Assembly (NCBI GenBank): GCA_044866355.1 | Contig: JBIOTW010000037.1 | Span: forward strand, 1 to 58,914 | Direction of reading: 5' to 3' | Length of the DNA: 58,914 nt | Source: Candidatus Limnocylindria bacterium | GTDB lineage: Bacteria; Chloroflexota; Limnocylindria; QHBO01 | Part shown: positions 28,877 through 38,283 of the stretch, piece after piece | Numbering within the stretch: position 1 is the first letter of the stretch | Layout of the letters: the number at the start of each line of letters is the position of its first letter | Notes under the pieces: model-generated | The model's database searches: none | The model's input: the letters and a program-made list of their open reading frames with translations, nothing else | Told to the model about the DNA's origin: nothing | Program-made: the position numbers and the translations under genes

Positions 28877-29951
28877 GACGGGCAGCTTCCGATCGTGGCC
28901 GGTGACCGATGCGAGCGCGTGGGACGCCTTCGTCGAGGCCGCCGAACATCGGGCCTTCCCCCAGCTGTGGTCCTGGGGTGAGCTGCGCCGCGAGGCGGGG
29001 TGGCGGCCGCTCCGCCTGGCGGTGGGTAGCGACCCCGCCCACCCGCTGGCCGGCGTCCAGCTGCTCCTGCGTCGCGTGCCACTCACGGGCTGGTCGCTGG
29101 CGTATGCGCCGCGGGGCCCCATCGGCGACCTGGATGAGCCTGCGGCGCGCGAGGCCCTGATCGACGGCCTCCGCGCGGTGGCTGACGAGCACCGGATCGG
29201 GAGGGTGCGGGCCGATCCCGAGGTGACGGGCATCGAGCCGTATGGGGCCTCCCTCCTGGCGAAGCCGTGGCGCGCGGCGCCCAACGTCCAGCCGCCGATG
29301 ACCCGCCTGATCGACTTGACCCGGCCGCAGGACGAGCTGTGGTCGGCGCTGGCCCGCAAGCATCGCCAGTACGTCTCGAAGGCGGGACGCGAGGGAGTGA
29401 CCGTCGAGCGGCTCAACCCCGGCGCCGCCCCGGCCGAGACGGCGGCCGCGCTGGCGGAATTCGACCGCATCTACCGCCACACCGGCGAGCGGGCCGGTTT
29501 CGCGGTCCGGATCCCGACCTACTACCAGCGGCTGTGGGCCACGTTCGGCGGAGCGGGGCGGGCGCGACTGTTCTTCGCCGTGGCCCACGGGGAGCGAGTC
29601 GCGACCCTGCTCCACCTGGTGTGCGGCGACCGCATCGCCGAGGTGTACGGGGGGATGACCGAACGCGGAGGCACCTCCCGGGCCAACTACCTGCTGAAGT
29701 GGGAGGCCATCCGCGCGGCGCAGGCCGAGGGGCTGCGCACCTACGACCTGTGGGGCCTGGCCACCGGCGGCATCCAGAAGTTCAAGGAAGGCTTCGGGGG
29801 CACGGAGGTGACCTGGGTCGGGGCCCGTGACCTGCCGCTCAGTTGCCTCGGCGACGCGGTCCTCAGCCTGGCCCTGGCCGGCTATGAAGCCCGTCGCCGG
29901 CTGCTTGCGATCGGGCGCACGCCAGGACGAGCCGCACCCGGACCCGATTGA
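28857..29951 (+). CDS. FemAB/FemX family protein (second copy)
   Basis: FPQLWSW, YAPRGP, ANYLLKWEAI and YDLWG...FKEGFGG motifs. Confidence 0.9.
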   Translation: MSSPPPETGSFRSWPVTDASAWDAFVEAAEHRAFPQLWSWGELRREAGWRPLRLAVGSDPAHPLAGVQLLLRRVPLTGWSLAYAPRGPIGDLDEPAAREALIDGLRAVADEHRIGRVRADPEVTGIEPYGASLLAKPWRAAPNVQPPMTRLIDLTRPQDELWSALARKHRQYVSKAGREGVTVERLNPGAAPAETAAALAEFDRIYRHTGERAGFAVRIPTYYQRLWATFGGAGRARLFFAVAHGERVATLLHLVCGDRIAEVYGGMTERGGTSRANYLLKWEAIRAAQAEGLRTYDLWGLATGGIQKFKEGFGGTEVTWVGARDLPLSCLGDAVLSLALAGYEARRRLLAIGRTPGRAAPGPD

Positions 29952-30034
29952 CCGGGCGGATCGGGCCTGATCGACTCGAGGCCCCTTCGGGGTCCGCGGA
30001 GCCCGATCGGGCCCGTGCTAGGATCGAACGAACC

Positions 30035-32251
30035 ATGGACCTGGCCCGCCTCCGCGCCGCGCCGGCCGCCGTCGTCCAGCGCATCACGCGGACCGGCGAG
30101 CCACCCCCTGCACCCGGCCCCGAGCTGAGCGACCTCATCGCCGAGGCGCGGCGCCATCGGCCCACCATCAACGTGCCCCTCATCGAGCGCGCTCACGAGG
30201 TGGCGAGCACCGCCCACGAGGGGCAGCTGCGCGCATCGGGCGAGCCCTATGTCAGCCATCCCACCGCCGTCGCGTTCGAGCTGGCCACGCTCCAGATGGA
30301 TGCCGAGACCTTGGCCGCCGGCCTTCTGCACGACGTCCCCGAGGACACGACCTACCCGTTGGCCGACATCGAGAAGCGTTTCGGCCGGGAAGTGGCCCGC
30401 CTCGTCGACGGGGTTACCAAGCTCTCGAAGTTCAGCAGCGCCCGGTCAACCGAGGAGCAGCAGGCCGAGAACATCCGGAAGATGTTCATGGCCATGGCCG
30501 AGGACGCGCGGGTGGTCATCATCAAACTCGCGGATCGGCTCCACAACATGCGGACCCTCCAGTTTCTGCCCACCGACAAGCAGGAGCGGATCGCGCGCCA
30601 GACGATGGAGATCTACGCCCCGCTCGCCCATCGGCTCGGCATGTGGCAGGTCAAGTGGGAGCTCGAGGACCTGTCGTTCAAGGTCCTCGATCCGGACACC
30701 TACGCCCGCCTGGCGGGGATGCTGGCCGACAGCCGCAAGGCGCGCGAGACGTTCATCAACCGCTCGATCTCGATCCTTCGCAAGGAGCTGGCCTCGGTGG
30801 GCATCCAGGCCGAGATCAGCGGCCGTCCCAAGCACATCTACAGCATCGTCAAGAAGATGGAACGCAAGGGGGCCGAGTTCAGCGAGATCTACGACCTCCA
30901 CGCCATCCGGGTCCTCGTCGACGACGTGAAGGACACCTACGGGGCGCTGGGCGTGGTGCACGCCATCTGGCGACCGATCCCCGGACAGTTCGACGACTAC
31001 ATCGCCATGCCCAAGGCCAACCTGTACCAGTCGCTCCACACCGCGGTCATCGGTCCGGACGCCAAGCCGCTCGAGGTCCAGATCCGGACTCGCCAGATGC
31101 ACGAGGTGGCCGAAGCCGGCATCGCGGCCCACTGGCGGTACAAGGAGGGCAGCCGCGCGGACCGCCGATACGACGAGAAACTGGCCTGGGTTCGCCAGCT
31201 CATGGAGTGGCAGCGCGAGGTTTCCGACGCGACCGAGTTCGTGGAGGGTCTCAAGCTCGACGTCTTCCAGGACCAGGTCTTCGTGTTCACCCCCAAGGGC
31301 GACGTGAAGGACCTGCCCGCCGGCGCCACCCCGCTCGATTTCGCCTATCGGATCCATACCGATGTCGGGCACCGCACCATCGGGGCCAAGGTCAACAACC
31401 GCCTGGTGCCGCTGGACTACCGGCTCCGCAACGGCGACATCGTCGAGATCGTGACCACCAAGGCGTCCCACGGCCCGTCGCGCGACTGGCTGGCCATCGT
31501 CCAGACCAACCAGGCCCGCGAAAAGATCCGCCAGTGGTTCAAGCGCCAGCAGCGCGACGAGAACATCGCGCAGGGCCGTGAGCTGCTCGACCGCGAGCTG
31601 CGGCGGCTGGCCCATGAGACCCTGGCCACGGTGGATGCCGCGCGCCTGACCGATATCGCCGGCCAGCTCCACTTCCGCGAGCTCGACGATTTCTACGCCG
31701 CGATCGGGTACGGCGCCGTCAGCCCGGCCGCGGTCGTTAGCCGGCTGGGGATCCACGACGACGTGGAGATCAGCCTGCCGGAGGTCGCGCCGCCGGCCGC
31801 GCCCAGCACGGCCGGCGTGCGGGTCAAGGGAGTGGGCGACCTGCTGGTCCGGTTTGCGAACTGCTGCAGCCCGATCCCGGGCGACGAGATCTCCGGCTAC
31901 GTGACGCGGGGCAAGGGCGTGACCGTGCATCGGGCCACGTGTCCCAGCGTCCTGTCCGAGAAGGACATCGAGCGCCTGATCGAGGTCGAATGGGAAGTCG
32001 CGGCCCAGCAGACCTATCCGATCACGATCCGGATCGAAGGCGTGGACCGGCCCGGGCTGCTGAACGAGATCACGAACGTGGTGGCCGAGAACAAGGTGAA
32101 CATCGTGGCCGCCTCGGTGGGCACCCACCCGGACGGCACCGCCACCATCACCCTGACCCTGAAGGTGACTTCACTGCAGCAGCTGTCCAAGGTGCTGGCT
32201 CGGATTGAGAGCGTGCGCGACGTGACCGGCGTCACCCGGGAGCAGCACTAG
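30035..32251 (+). CDS. relA: Bifunctional (p)ppGpp synthetase/hydrolase Rel
   Basis: RASGEPY, intact HD motif LLHD, IKLADRLHNMRT, YQSLHT, EVQIRT, TGS FAYRIHT and ACT domain. Confidence 0.97.
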   Translation: MDLARLRAAPAAVVQRITRTGEPPPAPGPELSDLIAEARRHRPTINVPLIERAHEVASTAHEGQLRASGEPYVSHPTAVAFELATLQMDAETLAAGLLHDVPEDTTYPLADIEKRFGREVARLVDGVTKLSKFSSARSTEEQQAENIRKMFMAMAEDARVVIIKLADRLHNMRTLQFLPTDKQERIARQTMEIYAPLAHRLGMWQVKWELEDLSFKVLDPDTYARLAGMLADSRKARETFINRSISILRKELASVGIQAEISGRPKHIYSIVKKMERKGAEFSEIYDLHAIRVLVDDVKDTYGALGVVHAIWRPIPGQFDDYIAMPKANLYQSLHTAVIGPDAKPLEVQIRTRQMHEVAEAGIAAHWRYKEGSRADRRYDEKLAWVRQLMEWQREVSDATEFVEGLKLDVFQDQVFVFTPKGDVKDLPAGATPLDFAYRIHTDVGHRTIGAKVNNRLVPLDYRLRNGDIVEIVTTKASHGPSRDWLAIVQTNQAREKIRQWFKRQQRDENIAQGRELLDRELRRLAHETLATVDAARLTDIAGQLHFRELDDFYAAIGYGAVSPAAVVSRLGIHDDVEISLPEVAPPAAPSTAGVRVKGVGDLLVRFANCCSPIPGDEISGYVTRGKGVTVHRATCPSVLSEKDIERLIEVEWEVAAQQTYPITIRIEGVDRPGLLNEITNVVAENKVNIVAASVGTHPDGTATITLTLKVTSLQQLSKVLARIESVRDVTGVTREQH

Positions 32252-33462
32252 CCGGGTCGGGTCGCGGCCCGTTGGTCCCCGCTATCGGGGTGGGCCGACC
32301 CGGCTAAGGCGCTGCCGGCCCCGGTCAGACCCAGCCGGACGAGGGTCAGCGCCGATCCGAACAGCAGGATGGCCAGGACCCACACCATCCACGGCGCCGT
32401 CAGGAGCGCGGTGAGCTCCACGGGGAGCGTGAACGGGGTCGTCAAGACCAGGGCGCGGAGCAACGTGCCGACGAATCCGATCGATAGCGCCACGTAGGCG
32501 GCCAGGCTGCGGAGGTCCACGGCCGCCAGCGGAGCCGCCACCGCGAACGCCGGGAACAGGTAGCGCTCGTGGACGCGGGTCGGCAGGAAGTAGAACGCGA
32601 ACGCCAGCATCATCCCGACCGTCAGCACGGTGGCCAGGTCGCGGCCGCGGCGCAGCGGGACCAGTGAGGCGATGAGCCCCGCGCCCAGCAGCAGGGCACC
32701 GATCCCGACGTATGGCGCGTCGTCGATCTCGAATCCGACCAGGACGCCCCACAGGTTGATGGCATTGAGCGAGGTGTCGGGCTGGAACCTTGCCGTGCCC
32801 GACAGGCCCTCCGCCCAGCGAATCGGGCTCAGGCCCAGGAAGGCGCCGATGGCCAGGGCGGCAACCGCCCCGCCGGCCACGGCCCCGGCGAGCGGCCGAA
32901 CGTCGCGCTGCTGCCACACACGCTGGCCAACGACCACCAGGACGGGGAGGGCGACCAGCCCGAACTGCGGCTTGGCGAGGCCGGCCACGATGGCGAGCCC
33001 GCCGGCGAGGCCGAATCGATCCCGGGAGAGCGCCACGAGTGCGAGGAGGAAGAACAGGGCGCCTGCGGCATCCACCTGGCCCCAGACCGGCCCCGCCAGG
33101 ATGAGCGCCGGATTGAGCACGTAGCACCCGGCGGCCACCAGCCCCGCGCCCCATCCGGCACGGCGGCCGACCACCGAGAACAGGGTGAAGCCGATGACGA
33201 GGTCGAACGGGATCGAGAGGCCCTTCACCGCGGTGGACAGCTCCTCGCCGTCGAAGAGGAGGCCCACGATCCACAGGAACGGCAGCAGGGCCGGGTAGAT
33301 GGACGAGTCGTGCTCGTAGAAGTGGCCCGGCCCGTACAGGACCAGGTTCTCGGCCCAGCGGGCCATGACCGAGACGTCCCCGAAATGGCCGGGAACCTGC
33401 AGCGCCGCCAGGCGGAGCCCGAGCCCGACCAGGAGCAGGACCACCAGGCCCATCGCTGCCAT
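32248..33462 (-). CDS. GT-C fold integral membrane glycosyltransferase (mannosyltransferase-like)
   Basis: About 10 TM helices with LNP, WGQVD, KPQ and PTRVHERYLFPA motifs. Confidence 0.8.
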   Translation of the reverse strand: MAAMGLVVLLLVGLGLRLAALQVPGHFGDVSVMARWAENLVLYGPGHFYEHDSSIYPALLPFLWIVGLLFDGEELSTAVKGLSIPFDLVIGFTLFSVVGRRAGWGAGLVAAGCYVLNPALILAGPVWGQVDAAGALFFLLALVALSRDRFGLAGGLAIVAGLAKPQFGLVALPVLVVVGQRVWQQRDVRPLAGAVAGGAVAALAIGAFLGLSPIRWAEGLSGTARFQPDTSLNAINLWGVLVGFEIDDAPYVGIGALLLGAGLIASLVPLRRGRDLATVLTVGMMLAFAFYFLPTRVHERYLFPAFAVAAPLAAVDLRSLAAYVALSIGFVGTLLRALVLTTPFTLPVELTALLTAPWMVWVLAILLFGSALTLVRLGLTGAGSALAGSAHPDSGDQRAATRPG

Positions 33463-33469
33463 CACCTAC

Positions 33470-33479
33470 ACGGTACCCT
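33470..33479. promoter_or_regulatory. Overlapping divergent -10 elements (bidirectional promoter)
   Basis: ACGGTACCCT gives TACCCT on + (6 nt before the hisS ATG) and TACCGT on - (7 nt before ATG 33462). Confidence 0.65.
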
Positions 33480-33485
33480 GCGGCC

Positions 33486-34757
33486 ATGCCCGCCATCCGC
33501 GCCCCGCGTGGCACCCGGGACCGCCTCCCCGAGGATGCGCCCGCGTGGTCACGCGTCGAGGCCGTCGCCGCCGACCTCGCCTCGCGGTACGGGTTCGAGC
33601 GGATCGACACGCCGCTTTACGAGGCGACCGAGCTCTTCGTCCGCGGGCTCGGGGAGGGGAGCGACGCGGTGGCGAAAGAGATGTTCCGGGTGGGCGGCGC
33701 GGCCGGCAGCGACGAGGAGGAGCCGGCCTGGGCGCTCCGACCCGAGCCCACCGCCGGCATCGTCCGCGCCTACCTGGAGCACGGGCTCCACGTGCGGCCG
33801 GGGCCGCTGCGGGTCTGGATGCTGGGCCCCATGTTTCGGTACAACCGACCCCAGGCCGGCCGCTTCCGCCAGTTCACCCAGTGGGACGTGGAGGTCATCG
33901 GTGACCCCGGACCCGCCGTCGACGCGGAGCTTGTCGAGCTCGCGGCGCGGTTCTGCGCCCAGGTCGGCGTGGACGTCGCGATCCACCTGAACTCCATCGG
34001 CGACGAGACCTGCCGGCCCGGCTACCGGGCGGCCCTGGTCGAGTACTTCACGCGCCACCGCGACGCCCTGGGCCAGGACGGCCGCCGTCGCCTGGACACC
34101 AACCCGCTGCGGATCCTGGACGACACGACGCTCGATGCCGACCTGGCCGCGGGGGCCCCGAAGTCGGTGGACCATCTGTGTGACGCGTGCCGTGCCCACT
34201 TCGCGGGGGTCACCGGCCTCCTCGACCGATTGGGGGTGGGCTACCAGCTCGACCATCGGCTGGTGCGGGGTCTCGACTACTACACCCGGACCACCTTCGA
34301 GGTGTTCCCTTCCGGCCGTTCCGGGAGCCAGGATGCGCTGGCCGGCGGCGGCCGCTACGACGGGCTGGTGGAGCTGCTGGGTGGCCCGCCAACGGCGGGG
34401 ATCGGTTTCGGAGTGGGCCTGGATCGGGTCGTGCTCGCCACCGTCCAGGGTGGGGTTCCCGGTGAACCTTCTCCCGCGCTGGTGGCCGTGGTCGGCACCC
34501 AGCCCGACGACGTCGCCGAGCGGCTCCTGGTGGCGGGCGCCCTGCGCGAGGCCGGTCTTCGGGTTCGCCCCGATGGATCCGATCGGAAGCTCGGGCGCCA
34601 GCTGGAGTCGGCCGCCAAGCTCGGGGCGCGGTGGGCGGTGATCGTCGGCGAGGAGCTGACGCGCGGGGCCGTAGTCCTCCGCGACCTGGCGGACGGCAGC
34701 CAGCGGGAGATCCCGCTCGACCAAATTGCGAGCGCAACGCGCGCCTCGCCGGCCTGA
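33486..34757 (+). CDS. hisS: Histidine--tRNA ligase
   Basis: APRGTRD, LRPEPTA, RPQAGRFRQFTQ, LVRGLDYYTRT and GGGRYDGL motifs. Confidence 0.98.
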   Translation: MPAIRAPRGTRDRLPEDAPAWSRVEAVAADLASRYGFERIDTPLYEATELFVRGLGEGSDAVAKEMFRVGGAAGSDEEEPAWALRPEPTAGIVRAYLEHGLHVRPGPLRVWMLGPMFRYNRPQAGRFRQFTQWDVEVIGDPGPAVDAELVELAARFCAQVGVDVAIHLNSIGDETCRPGYRAALVEYFTRHRDALGQDGRRRLDTNPLRILDDTTLDADLAAGAPKSVDHLCDACRAHFAGVTGLLDRLGVGYQLDHRLVRGLDYYTRTTFEVFPSGRSGSQDALAGGGRYDGLVELLGGPPTAGIGFGVGLDRVVLATVQGGVPGEPSPALVAVVGTQPDDVAERLLVAGALREAGLRVRPDGSDRKLGRQLESAAKLGARWAVIVGEELTRGAVVLRDLADGSQREIPLDQIASATRASPA

Positions 34758-34807
34758 CGACCCGCCGTCGCCGAGCCTCCATCGCCCTCGGCTACCATTC
34801 GACGCCG

Positions 34808-36646
34808 ATGCCGTCGCCCCAGGCCTTCCGCTCGCACACCTGCGGTGAGCTGCGTCCGACCGACGTCGGGAGCCGGGCGACCCTGGCCGGCTGGGTCCAT
34901 CGCCGCCGCGACCACGGCCACCTGACCTTCTTCGACCTGCGCGACCGGTACGGGATCACCCAGGTCGTGACCAACGCCGATGAGGCTCCCGACGCGCATC
35001 GCGCCGGAGCCGACGCGCGCGCCGAGTGGGTGATCCAGGTGGAGGGCGTCGTTCGGGACCGACCCGAAGGGACGGCCAACCCGGAGCTTCCGACCGGTGA
35101 GATCGAGGTCGGGGTGGATCGGCTCAGCGTCCTGAACCCGTCCAAGGTGCCGCCGTTCTACATCAACGAGGAGCAGCCCGGGCTCGACGAGTCCCTGCGC
35201 CTGACGTATCGGTACCTCGACCTCCGCCGGCCGCCCCTCCAGGCGCGCATGGTCCTCCGCAGCCGGCTGTCAGGGGCCGTCCGACGCCACCTGGAGAGCG
35301 TGGGATTCGTGGAGGTCGAGACGCCCACCCTCATTCGCTCCACGCCGGAGGGGGCGCGGGACTTCGTGGTCCCCAGCCGACTCCAGCCGGGCAAGATCTA
35401 CGCCCTGCCCCAGTCGCCGCAGGTGCTCAAGCAGCTGCTCATGGTGGCCGGCTTCGACCGCTATTACCAGCTGGCCCGCGCCTATCGAGACGAGGACTTC
35501 CGGGCCGACCGGGGACCGGAGCACACCCAGATCGACATCGAGATGAGCTTCGTCGGCGAGGCCGACGTCATGGCCACCGTCGAGGAGATGGTGATCCGGG
35601 TCAGCGCCGAGGTGGTTCCCGACCGGCCCATCGCCCAGGTGCCGTTCCCGCGGATGACCTACGCCGACGCCATTGCCCGATACGGGTCGGACAAGCCCGA
35701 CGTCCGGTTCGGGATGGAGCTGGTGGACCTCGGGTCGGCCGTGGAGGGCACGGACCTGCGGGTGTTCACCGACGCCCTGGCCGCCGGTGGCGCGATTCAT
35801 GGCCTGGTCGCGGCCGGCTGCGCGGGGTTCTCGAGGCGTCAGACCGATGAGCTGACCGATCTCGCCGTGCGCCATGGCGCCGGGGGCCTGATCCACCTCG
35901 CCGTCGAGCCGGACGGCAGCCTCAAGGGGCCGGTGGCCCGCCACCTGCCGCCGGCCACCCAGGAGCGGGTGATCGAGGTCAGCCGCGCCGCGCCCGGCGA
36001 CCTCATCCTGGCCGTGGCCGATGTGAACTCGCATCGCGGGGCCGAGGCCCTGGGCCGGGTCCGCCTCCAGCTCGGCGACGAGCTGGGGCTCCGGCAGCCC
36101 GGCGTCCTCTCATACGTGTGGGTCAACCGCTTCCCGATGTTCAAATGGGATGCCGAGGCCGACCGCTGGGACGCCACCCACAACCCGTTCAGCGCCCCGG
36201 TCTGGGAGGAGGCGGACGACATGGAGCGCGACCCGGGCGCCGTCCACGCTCAACAGTACGACCTGGCCCTCAACGGCTGGGAACTGGGTGGCGGGTCCAT
36301 CCGAATCCACCGCCGCGACCTGCTGGAGCGGGCGTTTGCCCTGATGGGCCACACGGTCGAGGGCATGCGCGATCAGTTCGGGGCGCTCCTCGACGCCCTC
36401 GAGTTCGGCGCGCCTCCCCACGGCGGGATTGCGATCGGACTGGACCGATGGAGCGCCCTGTTGACCGATCAGGACAACATCCGCGAGGTGATGGCGTTCC
36501 CCAAGACCCAGTCGGGGAGCGATCTCATGCTCGGCGCTCCCTCCTCCATCGCGCCGGAGCAGCTGGCCGAGCTGGGTTTGCAGCTCGCCGAGCAGCGGCC
36601 GGCGGGGCCGGCGGGGCCGGCGGATCAGGATTCCAAGGGCTCGTAG
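34808..36646 (+). CDS. aspS: Aspartate--tRNA ligase, probably non-discriminating
   Basis: RSHTCGEL, RRRDHG, RYLDLRR, TPEGARDF, YALPQSPQ and PPHGGIAIGLDR motifs. Confidence 0.97.
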   Translation: MPSPQAFRSHTCGELRPTDVGSRATLAGWVHRRRDHGHLTFFDLRDRYGITQVVTNADEAPDAHRAGADARAEWVIQVEGVVRDRPEGTANPELPTGEIEVGVDRLSVLNPSKVPPFYINEEQPGLDESLRLTYRYLDLRRPPLQARMVLRSRLSGAVRRHLESVGFVEVETPTLIRSTPEGARDFVVPSRLQPGKIYALPQSPQVLKQLLMVAGFDRYYQLARAYRDEDFRADRGPEHTQIDIEMSFVGEADVMATVEEMVIRVSAEVVPDRPIAQVPFPRMTYADAIARYGSDKPDVRFGMELVDLGSAVEGTDLRVFTDALAAGGAIHGLVAAGCAGFSRRQTDELTDLAVRHGAGGLIHLAVEPDGSLKGPVARHLPPATQERVIEVSRAAPGDLILAVADVNSHRGAEALGRVRLQLGDELGLRQPGVLSYVWVNRFPMFKWDAEADRWDATHNPFSAPVWEEADDMERDPGAVHAQQYDLALNGWELGGGSIRIHRRDLLERAFALMGHTVEGMRDQFGALLDALEFGAPPHGGIAIGLDRWSALLTDQDNIREVMAFPKTQSGSDLMLGAPSSIAPEQLAELGLQLAEQRPAGPAGPADQDSKGS

Positions 36647-37008
36647 CCACCATCCACGTGGCGCTCGGTCCCGCTCAGGGCCGGGTTGAAGATGCACACC
36701 AGGCGCGCACCGTCCGGGCTGCGCGCAACGTGGGCGTCGTGCTGGTCCAGCGCATACACCCCACCAGGACCGACCGTCTGCTCGCGCCCGCTGGCGAGCT
36801 CGGTGATGACCATGCTCCCCCAGACGACGTAGCAGGCCTCGAGGTGGTGGCGGTACTCGAGGTTCATCTCGAAGCCCGGCTCCAGCAGGACGTCGTTCAG
36901 CGAGAAGCCCATCGCGTCGGCCGCGGTCAGGATCCGACGGCTGGTCCAGTGTTCGCCGGACACCTCGTGCTGGGTGCCGGACACGTCATCGGCTGATCGA
37001 ATGATCAT
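36625..37008 (-). CDS. ectC: Ectoine synthase-like cupin (orphan EctC)
   Basis: MIIRS...WTSRRILTAADAMGFS...YRHHLEACY...YALDQHDAH...CIFNPALSGTERH matches the EctC signature segments. SD GAGGT upstream. Confidence 0.88.
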   Translation of the reverse strand: MIIRSADDVSGTQHEVSGEHWTSRRILTAADAMGFSLNDVLLEPGFEMNLEYRHHLEACYVVWGSMVITELASGREQTVGPGGVYALDQHDAHVARSPDGARLVCIFNPALSGTERHVDGGYEPLES

Positions 37009-37092
37009 GGGAACCTCACGCTGCGGGTGGGGAGTGATGGCGGGCCGATTGTGGCCCGTCGGGACGGCTGCGGCATAATCCTGACCACGACC

Positions 37093-38277
37093 ATGGCCAT
37101 CTACCTCGACCACGCCGCCACCACTCCCCTGCGGCCCGAGGTCCTCGAGGCCATGCTCCCGTACCTGACCGAGCACTTCGGCAACCCCTCCAGCCTCCAC
37201 GCCGCAGGCCGTCGTGCGCGGCAGGGTCTCGACGAGGCCCGTGACACGGTGGCCCAGAGCCTCGGCGCGAAGTTCCGGGAGATCGTCTTCACCTCCGGCG
37301 CGTCGGAGAACACCGGCCTGGCGATCAATGGAATCGCGTGGGCCCACAGCGCGCGTGGCCGCCACATCGTCACCACCGCGGTCGAGCATCGGGCCGTTCT
37401 GAACACCTGCGCCGTCCTCGAGCGCCACGGGTTCGAGGTGACCTACCTCCGGGTGGACCGATACGGGCAGGTGGACCCGACTGCCGTGGCCGAGGCCATC
37501 GGTGTGCACACCACCCTGGTCGCCATCGGCTATGCCAACAACGAGGTCGGGACCATCCAGCCCATCGCCGAGATCGGCGCCATCTGTCGCGAACGCAAGG
37601 TCGCCTTCTATACCGATGCCACCCAGGCGACGGCATCCCTGCCGCTCGACGTGGACAGCCTCCAGGTCGACCTGCTGGGCATCGCGGCCCACAAGATCGA
37701 GGGGCCCAAGGGCGTCGGCGCGCTGTTCATCCGCCAGGGGACGAACCTCATTCCCCAGCACCAGGGTGGGTCGCAGGAACGGCAGCGGCGGGCCGGAACG
37801 GAGAATGTGGCGGGTGCGGTCGGGCTCGGAGAGGCGCTGCGCCTGACGCGAGGCGACCCGGAGGGCATGGCTGCGGAGAACGAGCGCCAGCGCGGCTTGC
37901 GGGAGCGCCTGGCGAGTCGCCTCGAGGCGATTCCCGAGGGACACCTCACCGGGCACCCGGAGGCGCGCCTCCCCAACAGCGTGAGCTGGGTGTTCCGTGG
38001 CGTGGAGGGCGGTGACCTCGTTGCAGCCCTCGACCTGGAGGGCGTTGCAGCCTCCACCGGCAGCGCCTGCACCTCGGGGAGCGCCGAACCGAGCCACGTC
38101 CTGGCCGCCATGGGCATCCCGTCCGACCTGATCCGAGGCTCGCTCCGGCTGACCCTGGGACGGACGAACACCGCGACCGAGATCGACGAGGCGGCTGACC
38201 TGGTGGCGGCCTGCGTCGAGCGGGTGCGCGCCGCCCGACCGGTGGAGGCCGACGTCGCGGCGCCGGCTCGAGCCTGA
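37093..38277 (+). CDS. iscS: Cysteine desulfurase (IscS/NifS family)
   Basis: IYLDHAATTP, GNPSS, NNEVGTIQ, HKIEGPKG and STGSACTS motifs. Confidence 0.95.
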   Translation: MAIYLDHAATTPLRPEVLEAMLPYLTEHFGNPSSLHAAGRRARQGLDEARDTVAQSLGAKFREIVFTSGASENTGLAINGIAWAHSARGRHIVTTAVEHRAVLNTCAVLERHGFEVTYLRVDRYGQVDPTAVAEAIGVHTTLVAIGYANNEVGTIQPIAEIGAICRERKVAFYTDATQATASLPLDVDSLQVDLLGIAAHKIEGPKGVGALFIRQGTNLIPQHQGGSQERQRRAGTENVAGAVGLGEALRLTRGDPEGMAAENERQRGLRERLASRLEAIPEGHLTGHPEARLPNSVSWVFRGVEGGDLVAALDLEGVAASTGSACTSGSAEPSHVLAAMGIPSDLIRGSLRLTLGRTNTATEIDEAADLVAACVERVRAARPVEADVAAPARA

Positions 38278-38283
38278 GGCGAG

